64,000 nucleotides of DNA, taken from the NCBI GenBank assembly GCA_951406725.2, contig OX597840.1:310001-374000 (forward strand), read 5' to 3'. The translations under genes were made by a program, and so were the position numbers. Below the pieces are notes generated by a model, which saw nothing but the letters and a program-made list of their open reading frames with translations, made no database searches and was not told where the DNA came from. Source of the DNA: Octopus vulgaris. Its lineage: Eukaryota. This document shows positions 52,092-64,000 of the stretch, piece by piece (position 1 is the first letter of the stretch; every line of letters begins with the position of its first letter).

Positions 52092-52656
52092 ATATAGAGA
52101 GAGAGAGAGAGAGAGAGACACACACACACACATGTGTATGTGTATATATATACATGATTATGAAAACATATATATATGTACATGTATATATATACAAATA
52201 CATGATACACCTCTAAATATATTACACATTATATAAAATCATAGTATTTATATGTATATATATATGTATACATGCATATATGTAGATATGTAAAATACAT
52301 AGCATATTATGAATATATGTAGACATGCATACGACACACGCACACTCACACACTCACACCCACCCACCCACACACACACACACACACAAATACACACACA
52401 CACATATAGGGAATACAAAGGACGAACGAACACAATGAGATTTATTTCGATATAGCAGCATTTTATATATTTCACATGATGCAGATACTAACAGTTAACA
52501 CGCAATAATACGTGGCTTCTCATACATACATACATACATGCACGTATACTCATACGCATATGTACATATACGTATACATAGACATACGTACACACACACA
52601 CATATATATATATATCTGTAGTTGCACATTTGTGTATATGTAAGAAACGTCATATA

Positions 52657-52698
<42 letters not shown>

Positions 52699-52858
52699 GC
52701 ATACATCTACACTCGCAAATCACACGTGTGGGTATATATATTTATATATACACGCATACATACACATACAAACATACACAAAGTAGATCGCATATATATA
52801 TATGTATGCAAATTTGTATATATGGACATATATATAATTATATACATACATGCATATA

Positions 52859-52906
<48 letters not shown>

Positions 52907-52931
52907 TGTATGTATATACTTATATATATGT

Positions 52932-52987
<56 letters not shown>

Positions 52988-53413
52988 ACATATATAAATT
53001 TACTGAAATTTACTTATATATATACACATATATATATATATAAATATACACGTATATATATACATATATATATATATATACATACACACACTCACACATA
53101 TATATATATATACATGTATATATATATATATATATTATAGATAGACATATATATATATGTATATATATACGTATACACACACACATATATATGTACCTGT
53201 ATGCATACATATATACATCGGTAAATTATTACAAATACGTACACACACACGCACGCGCACATACAAGTCTACAGCATATGGACACCATTTCAAGAGATCA
53301 GTTTCCACTTATATACAATTGCAGAGAAAAGAATTAAAAATTAAAAACACGGAAACACAAAAACAAAGCAATTCGCGGAGCCAGTCCAGTACAAGCTTAT
53401 TGATTTTACAAAG

Positions 53414-53645
53414 TAATAACAACAACAACAACAATAATAATAATAATAATAATAACAGCAACCATAATAAGGACGATGATAATAATAATGATAATAATAA
53501 TAATAATAATAATAATAGTAATAATAATAATAATGATAATAATAATAATAATAATAGTAATAGTATAATAATGATGATGATAATAATAATAATAATAATA
53601 GTAATAGTAATAATAATAATGATAATAATAATAATAATAATAGTA

Positions 53646-53703
<58 letters not shown>

Positions 53704-53757
53704 TGATGATAATAATAATATTATAGTAATAATGATAATAATAATATTATAATAATA

Positions 53758-53848
<91 letters not shown>

Positions 53849-53974
53849 GGATGATGATAATAATAATAATAATAATAATAATAGTAATAATAATAATAAT
53901 AATATAGTAATAATAATAGTAATAATAATAATAATGATGATGAAGATAATAATAAGTAATAGTAGTAGTAGTAA

Positions 53975-54018
<44 letters not shown>

Positions 54019-54045
54019 ATAATAATAATAATAATAATAATTGTA

Positions 54046-54081
<36 letters not shown>

Positions 54082-54120
54082 GTAATAATAATAATAATGA
54101 TGATGATAATGATAATAATA

Positions 54121-54160
<40 letters not shown>

Positions 54161-54225
54161 GGACGATGATAATAATAATGATAATAATAATAATAATAAT
54201 AGTAATAGTAATAATAATAATAATG

Positions 54226-54286
<61 letters not shown>

Positions 54287-54291
54287 TGATG

Positions 54292-54324
<33 letters not shown>

Positions 54325-54396
54325 GTAATAGTAATAATAATAATAATAATAATAATAGTAATAATAATAATAATGATGATGATAATGATAATAATA

Positions 54397-54427
<31 letters not shown>

Positions 54428-54456
54428 TGATGATGATAATAATAATAATAATAATA

Positions 54457-54503
<47 letters not shown>

Positions 54504-54507
54504 TGTA

Positions 54508-54543
<36 letters not shown>

Positions 54544-54582
54544 GTAATAATAATAATAATGATGATGATAATGATAATAATA

Positions 54583-54618
<36 letters not shown>

Positions 54619-54621
54619 GTA

Positions 54622-54657
<36 letters not shown>

Positions 54658-54696
54658 GTAATAATAATAATAATGATGATGATAATGATAATAATA

Positions 54697-54738
<42 letters not shown>

Positions 54739-54741
54739 GTA

Positions 54742-54793
<52 letters not shown>

Positions 54794-54829
54794 TAATAAT
54801 ATTATAGTAATAATGATAATAATAATATT

Positions 54830-54916
<87 letters not shown>

Positions 54917-54960
54917 TTAATAAAAATAATAATAAGGATGATGATAGTAATAATAATAAT
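53414..54960. repeat. ~1.5-kb (AAT)n array with AGT/GAT variants and higher-order blocks
   Basis: Direct reading; GGACGATGATAATAATAATGAT at 53471 and 54161. Confidence 0.97.
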
Positions 54961-54980
54961 ATCAATATAGTAGAAGTCAA

Positions 54981-55000
54981 AGTGGTAGTAGTAGTAGTAA

Positions 55001-55053
<53 letters not shown>

Positions 55054-55450
55054 CTAGTAGTAGTAGTGGTGGTAGTGGTGGTGTTAGTGAAATGGTGTTG
55101 CCAGACTGTAATAACATCATATCTTGTAAAACAGATTCAACTTCGCCAACATTTATCATCGGAATCTTTAACGTCTCCGCCGCCACCGCTACCACCGCCG
55201 CCGCTGCCACCGCCGCCACTGCCACTGCCGCCGCTGCCACCGCCGCCGCTGCCACCGTCGTCGTCGTCGTCACTGTTGTCGCCATTGTGATCTCGTCTAC
55301 ATCGTTCCTTTTTCATCTTTGTCAATATCATCGTCATTGTTGCGGTCGTCATCAATATCGTCATTCATGTTCTCCTCGTCATGATCATCATCATCGTCGT
55401 CGTCTTCCACCTTCTCCTCCTCCTCCTCCTCCTCCTCCTCCTCCTCCTCC

Positions 55451-55494
<44 letters not shown>

Positions 55495-56050
55495 AGCAGC
55501 ACCATCATCTTCATCATCATCTTGTTCATCATTATCATCGCCATCATCATCATCATTATCGTCGTTGTCTTAGTCGTCGTCACAATCATCATCATCATCA
55601 TCATCATCATCACTATCATCTTCATCATCGTTTTCATCATTATCATCACCATCATCATCATTATCATCATTGTCCTCCTCATTCTTCTCCTCCTCCTCCT
55701 CCTCCTCCTCATCATCATCATAATCACCATCATCTTCCTCATCATCGTCTTCATCATTATTATCACCATCATCATCATCAACATCATCGTCGTCGTCGTA
55801 GTCATCTCACCATCATCATCATCATCATCATCATTATCATCATCGTCCCCCTCATTTTTCTTCTCCTCCTCCTCCTCATCATCATCTTCATCATCATAGT
55901 CTTCATCATAATCAACGTCATCATTATTATTCTCGTCGTCGTAGTCGTCCTCACCATCATCATCGACCCCCTCCTACTCCTCTCCTCCCCCTCATCATCA
56001 TCAGCAGCAGCATCATCATCGTCCTGGACTTCATTGTTCATCATCACTTT
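54981..56050. repeat. Compound trinucleotide repeats (TAG, GCC, CAT, CCT, CAG)
   Basis: Direct reading. Confidence 0.92.
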
Positions 56051-56078
56051 TTATTGTCATCATTCTAATAATGAACGT

Positions 56079-56390
56079 GTGCGGAGGCACATAGCCTAGA
56101 GGTTAGAGCAGCGCACTCGCGGTCGAGGGTTCGCGGGTTCGAATCTCAGACCGGGCGATGTGTGTGTTTATGAGCGAAACACCTAAGCTCCACGCGGCTC
56201 CGGCAGAAGGTCATGGCGAAACTTCTGTTGACTCTTTCGCCACAACTTTCTCTCACTCTTTCCTCGTGCATCTTGCAGCTCACCTGCGACGGACCGGCGT
56301 CCCGTCCTCATGGGGAACCTATACGCCAAGGAAACCGGGAAACCGGCCCTTATGAGCCAGGCGTGGCTCGAGAAGGAACAAACAAGAACG
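56079..56390 (+). mobile_element. SINE family C, tail type 2, with 11-bp TSD
   Basis: Same family as 21978-22608; TSD ATAATGAACGT at 56068-56078 and 56391-56401. Confidence 0.92.
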
Positions 56391-56799
56391 ATAATGAACG
56401 TCTTGGTATGACCCTTGTCAACGTCGTCATCGGCCTGATTATCATCGAAGCTGTCAGCTTCATCCTCGTCCGCATCATCACCTTCCTTCATGAAAACCAT
56501 CCTCATCAACACCATAGTAATAGTAGTATTATTATATTCATTGATGCCATTCTTATTTCAAAAAATGTTGCTGATTGCATCATACGCATTTTAAGATACA
56601 AGCAAACAAATGGGAACGCATTTTATCTGCGTGTATACGGATGTAAGCTGGTATGTGGGTTTGCACATATGTATACATACATACATACATACATACATAC
56701 ATGCATAAATATATGCATACACAGATATATATACATATACACATACAAACACACAAAACTCTCTATATATAGACATACATATATGTATATGTATATATG

Positions 56800-56862
<63 letters not shown>

Positions 56863-57025
56863 ATACATATATGCATATGTGTATATATATATATATACAT
56901 ATATGTATATGAATATATATGTATATATATACATATATATATATGTATATATAAATGTATATATATATATATTCAATGTACATACACACACACACATACA
57001 GACACACACACATATATATATACAT

Positions 57026-57056
<31 letters not shown>

Positions 57057-57084
57057 CTTACATACATATATCTATATACATATG

Positions 57085-57188
<104 letters not shown>

Positions 57189-57267
57189 AGTACACTCATA
57201 CATCCGTATATGTATAGGTGTATATGTATAACGCTGAATTACGTATGCAAGCACACACACACACACA

Positions 57268-57304
<37 letters not shown>

Positions 57305-57626
57305 TATAGGAAGCGGAAAAACAGGTTGAAATTTTCCCCACTTTTTGTATTCCTAACTTTTATAGAAACGCATAATTTGCTGAAACACCGTTGCAATTAC
57401 TCTGGATCACCTGCAGAGAACGTATAAACATCTCCGTACACACATCGCTCGCGCGTACACATACTCGCACGTGAAATCCCTAAGCTTCAAATCCATCGCC
57501 GAAAAAGTATGAGATCAACGTGCTTTGAGCCAAATTCATATACACACATATACACATATAGACACATATAAGACTACACACACACAAACACACACACACG
57601 CACCAACACGCACATACATATGTGTG

Positions 57627-57703
<77 letters not shown>

Positions 57704-57801
57704 TACTCAACATGCACAGAGTAACGCTTCAGATTAATGTAAAATTGGTTTCATTGTAACTAAAACATTATATAGTATACACCCAACCACACACACGTGT
57801 T

Positions 57802-57868
<67 letters not shown>

Positions 57869-58115
57869 ATATATGTATATGCTTATATGCATAATATGTA
57901 TGCTGGTATGAGTACATGTGAGTATATTGTATACATATATATATATATACACACACACAGACACACACATACTCTTTCTCTCTCTCTCACACACATATAG
58001 ATATATACATCATACGCATATATATTCATTATACATGGTGAACGTATGTGTATGCTTGATTTCTTTTCGTTTTTCGTCATTACTTAAAGATATATACATA
58101 TATTAATATATTATC

Positions 58116-58172
<57 letters not shown>

Positions 58173-58183
58173 TTTTATTATTA

Positions 58184-58235
<52 letters not shown>

Positions 58236-58383
58236 TACTATTATTATTATTATTATTATTAAAAGCCCTGGACTCAACGTAGCTCGTTATTTCAGCCTAA
58301 AGAGAACTTTGATAGAATTTAGATGAATAAATATCCATTGTGTCCGAGGCGTAATAAGGAAATATTGTATACATGTATCCACA

Positions 58384-58464
<81 letters not shown>

Positions 58465-58493
58465 GTCTATCTATCTTTCTATCTATCTATCTA

Positions 58494-58545
<52 letters not shown>

Positions 58546-58639
58546 GATATTCATATGTACGCCTACATACATATATGTTCATAACTATGAATATTCCTGT
58601 ACATTCATATATATATGTATATATATATATACACACATA

Positions 58640-58695
<56 letters not shown>

Positions 58696-58778
58696 ATGCA
58701 TCTAAATATATATATATGTATATGCATATATACATACATATATCCATTGGTTTCAATGAAAGAGTACCTCTTCGTGCC

Positions 58779-58822
<44 letters not shown>

Positions 58823-58980
58823 CATGTGTCTGTCCGTGTGTGTGTATTCATAGGTATACACATAGAAGTATATATGTATATGATATATATACGTGTATAT
58901 ATATATATACATATATACATAAATATGTATATATATGTGTGTGCATGTGTACAGTATATGTATTTATATAGATATGTATA

Positions 58981-59026
<46 letters not shown>

Positions 59027-59035
59027 CATACATAT

Positions 59036-59127
<92 letters not shown>

Positions 59128-59373
59128 GAAGTGATTTTGTCTGACTTTTTCATATTTTTATCTCTCCATATTTCTTATATTCCTCTTCGCTCTAACTAAT
59201 CATCACATACAAGTATAACGTACATACATCAATAACAATACATACATATCTAAACATACATTAAAAAAAATATATATATACGTATACATATATATATATA
59301 TTATACACACACGTACACACACATGTATACATGTATCTATATATATGTATACACACAAAGACACACATCACAC

Positions 59374-59438
<65 letters not shown>

Positions 59439-59969
59439 CATACATATATAAATCACGTAATTACACACGTGTGCTCTTATTTCATAAGTTTCTTTATTAC
59501 CGTGTCACTCTGTGTTAATACAGCAGGAAAGCATCTTTTGTGTTTCGTGATAAGATTTCATGTCTTTTGAAAATCGCATCTGGCTGAGAGGACATTACGT
59601 AGAGACGCACAACAGGCAGCTACGGAGGCTCATAGAGACAGACACACGGGCAAGTATACGTTGCTCTCTCTCTCTCTCTCTCTCTCTGACTCATGTTGTA
59701 TGTATACGCATACATAGATATCACACAGACACATACACACAAATATATATACGTATATTTATATGACTATATATATATATATACTGAGATAGAGAGAGTG
59801 AGAGGGGTACATAAATAGGTAGATAGAAAACGGGAGACAGAGAGAAATATATACACGCAAGGATTATCTAACTATACATACGGTGCTCCATCATGGCCGT
59901 TGTCGACAGAAAGAAGTAAAAGAATAAAATGTGCTTATACGTGCAGGTGCATATATATATATGTATGTA

Positions 59970-60053
<84 letters not shown>

Positions 60054-60105
60054 GATATACATATATGTATATATATATATATACATATATATGTATATAT
60101 ATACC

Positions 60106-60138
<33 letters not shown>

Positions 60139-60347
60139 ATAAATGTCTAAATATTTATAACCATACATATATATACATACATACACATAGACTTATATAT
60201 ACATACATATATATACTCATACATGCATGTCTTCTCTTATATGCATAAATGTATACATACGTATAATAATAATATATATAATAATATATACATTGATATG
60301 TATATATGCTGATAATTGTCTGCGCATATGTATATTCATAGTAATAT

Positions 60348-60413
<66 letters not shown>

Positions 60414-60450
60414 GTATTTATATGTATGTGTATATATATATATGGATATA

Positions 60451-60502
<52 letters not shown>

Positions 60503-61009
60503 AAGTGCAGCATAAGTAAACTTGTAATATATGTTCAAGTTTATAAAATGTTAATGGGTAACAAATTTTCCTATTTTCTCTTCTGTCCCCTTTTTCTCTC
60601 TCCATTTTGTTTATTGACTGTTTTTATATAAAAACAACGTGTGCGGGATCACTTTGAAGGAACAGGCCCCTGCATTGGCGATCACGTTATGGCGTTGGAG
60701 ACCATAGTTGAGAAAGGTTTAGCTGACATGATGGACCGGAATCGTTCTGAGTTTCTGAAACGAGTCATGTTTATTATGATGAAGCAGGCCAGCTATGAAA
60801 ATGCCCATCGTGGATTCGATGCTCCGTAAACATTGTAATAATTTCTCTATGTCGTGACATGTTGAGCTACAACTGAATCTATGAAGCCCTGACCAGCAGG
60901 AAGGTACTCAGGTGGGTTTCTGATTGCTGTCTGTGCTCACTGGAAATTCTTCGGGTAACTGCTGCAGGGCAAGGAGATGGAATACAGGAACAAGGGCATT
61001 CGAGCTTTG

Positions 61010-61065
<56 letters not shown>

Positions 61066-61344
61066 GTGTTGGAGTCGCTACCATGAAGTTGGTCCTGAAT
61101 CAGGACCTCTGCTACCATTGCCACCCACGCCACCACCACTACCACCACCAGCAGCACCACCTCCACCACCACCACCACCACCAACAGCGGTACAGACACT
61201 ACCGGCACGATCAACGCAATCACCACCACCGCAGCCACCCCCACCCCCCACCACCAGGAACCGTATGGTTGGGAGGCAATCTTCTTACCACATAGCCACG
61301 CCAGCGATACATAAATACAATAATGCATATGCATACATACGTGC

Positions 61345-61389
<45 letters not shown>

Positions 61390-61390
61390 C

Positions 61391-61435
<45 letters not shown>

Positions 61436-61480
61436 TGTATATATGTGTATATATATATATATATATATACATGTATATGT

Positions 61481-61536
<56 letters not shown>

Positions 61537-61659
61537 GTGTATACATATATATATATGTATGTATGTATGTATATATGTAATCTTTTTCAGGGTGTACACA
61601 AACTGCTTATTAATTTCACTTGGTCTCCGCCATACCAACCCCGCTATCGCAAGTGCTAC

Positions 61660-62140
61660 CATCACCAGCGTAACCACCTCCATAACTACCACCAACACTC
61701 ACATCGCCAAAACCACAACCACCACCACCACCACCACCACCACCACCACCACCACCACCACCACCACCACCACCACCACCACCACCACCACCACAACCAC
61801 CACCACCACCACCAAAACCACCACCACCACCACCACCACCACCACCACCATCACTACTATAAACAGCTACCACTAATAATAGGGATAATTAAAATATCAC
61901 TACAGCCATTCGTTTATTAACAGCAGCCCTACCTTTGCGAAAATCACCATTGCTAAATTCAACAACACCACTATGATAATAAGGAAATCAACCGCACCGT
62001 CATCACCACCGTCAGCGCTTATTAAAAATATCATCACCACTACTGCCAGCCTTACTACAACCGCAACTACAACCACCGATGCTATAATATTCATGATGAT
62101 GATGATGATGATGATGATAATGATAATGATGATAATAATG

Positions 62141-62205
<65 letters not shown>

Positions 62206-62230
62206 TATAATTATAATGATAGTGGTGATC

Positions 62231-62270
<40 letters not shown>

Positions 62271-62390
62271 TAATAATAATAATAATAATGATAATAATAA
62301 TAATAATAATAATAATTTCAATACACCTGCAACATCAACACAACAAAAGCAACAATAATAATGATAACGATGATGATGATGATGATGATG

Positions 62391-62447
<57 letters not shown>

Positions 62448-62450
62448 GTG

Positions 62451-62501
<51 letters not shown>

Positions 62502-62540
62502 GTAATAATAATAATAATAATAATAATACTAATTATAGCA

Positions 62541-62619
<79 letters not shown>

Positions 62620-62630
62620 CAACAACGATA
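61660..62630. repeat. (ACC)n and (AAT)n/(GAT)n microsatellites
   Basis: Direct reading. Confidence 0.92.
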
Positions 62631-62821
62631 TTCGCCCCTACCCACCAACACCATGACCACCACGGCTGCTACTACAGCCCCACCTCCACCGCTATCGCTA
62701 CAAGAATCGTTTATTAACAGCCACCGACTTCCGCCCAAAATTCCGCCATTTTTCCTGTAAATTTTACTGTTTCATAACGGAGCCATTTTTTCTTTGCTCT
62801 CTCTCTCTCTCTTCCTTCCTT

Positions 62822-62972
62822 TATGCTGTAACTAATATATTTTGCCCTCTACTAAAAGCTAATATACTCACCTTACGCTACAACTAATATACCCACCTTA
62901 TTCTATAGCTTAATATACTCTTCATTGTGCTATACAGCTAATATATTTCCTTTATACTATCGCTAATATATT
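62822..62972. repeat. Degenerate ~26-bp minisatellite, ~6 copies
   Basis: Recurring (A/G)CTAATATA(T/C) cores. Confidence 0.7.
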
Positions 62973-63343
62973 TATCATTGATTTGTCAGAGTGTGTACAC
63001 ATACAAAAGGATGAAACGAGGTTTCTATGTTATTATATTTTAGGGAACAAATTAGTGACAGAAATTTACTCAGACTCGCCATCCGTAGAAAATAATAACA
63101 GCAAAGCAATCAGAAGCATAGTTTGTGTAACGAGACAAGAGGTTATACTTAATTAAAATTATACGCTTATTGACTAAAAACCAATCATTGGCCAAGTGCT
63201 AATTGTTTCTTCAATGCTAATTATATCTAATAACGTTTTAATTCTAATCACTTTTAAATATGTTAATAATAACTTGAGCAGTGTTCAGGATTTTTCTGGT
63301 TTTTTTTTTTGAAGATAGTGAATCTGGGTAACTTATTATCAAA

Positions 63344-63556
63344 TACTCTTTTACTCTTTTACTTGTTTCAGTCAGTTGACTGCGGCCATGCTGGAGCACC
63401 GACTTTAGTCGAGCAAATCGACCCCAGGACTTATTCTTTGTAAGCCTAGTACTTATTCAATCGGTCTCTTTTGCTAAGTTACGGAGACGTAAACACACCA
63501 GCATCGGCTGTCAAGTGATGTTGGGGTGACAAACACACACACACACACACAGACAC

Positions 63557-63611
<55 letters not shown>

Positions 63612-63783
63612 CATACATATATATATATACATATATACGACAGGCTTCTTTCAGTTTCCGTCTACCAAATCCACTCGCAAGGCTTTGGTCTGCCCGAGGC
63701 TATGGTAGAAGACACTTGCCCAAAGTGCCACGCAGTGGGATTGAACGCGGAACCATGTGGTTGGTAAACAAGCTACTTACCAC
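63344..63783 (-). mobile_element. SINE family A
   Basis: Reverse complement of family A. Confidence 0.92.
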
Positions 63784-63818
63784 TCAGTGCTAACTTTTTC
63801 GCAACGTATGTTATTTCA

Positions 63819-64000
63819 GATCTTTTCGGTTTTAACGGCAGTTTTTGCTAGCGGTGTCATATGAAATTGTCACCCATAATTATGACCCTAGTATCGATCT
63901 ATTGCATTTCAATCTGTTTTAGGGTTAGGGTTAGTTAGGCTTAGGGTTAGGTTTAGGGGTTGGGGAAGGGTATCTTTTTTTCTTCAGAAATGTAAATAAA
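63819..64000. mobile_element. Second copy of the 49731 DNA transposon, truncated by the window edge
   Basis: GATCTTTTCGGTTTTAACGGCAGTTTTT..ATTATGACCCTAG..TTAGGGTTAGGGTTAG. Confidence 0.9.

Noticed and set aside
63919-63970. Telomere at the window end
   Set aside because: The tract is short, degenerate and internal to a DNA transposon that is also present at 49731.

Overview
AT-rich eukaryotic genomic DNA, very dense in microsatellites. The SINE families and the (TA)n/(TG)n/(AAT)n load look like an Octopus (coleoid cephalopod) intronic or intergenic region; this is recognition, not a database result. No intact protein-coding gene is supported, and almost all listed ORFs are translations of simple repeats. 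The window holds: (i) many tRNA-derived SINEs of several modular families, including tandem multimers, a dimer and a minimal tRNA-Lys SINE; (ii) decayed non-LTR retrotransposon ends (CR1/L2-like, RTE, R4/Dong-like); (iii) Tc1/mariner remnants, MITEs and a probable Helitron 5' end; (iv) local duplications and minisatellites, one born inside a SINE. The most notable signal is about a dozen hammerhead-ribozyme-like motifs in several unrelated short non-coding elements, mostly embedded in (TA)n tracts. They include one with a fully canonical core (33541-33631, minus), a palindrome carrying one on each strand (8890-9057), a four-copy family with a fixed A6U core variant, and a decayed ~200-bp tandem array (3895-4620). 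These suggest a diverse set of Penelope-derived or retrozyme-like non-autonomous elements. All folds were deduced by eye and activity is untested.
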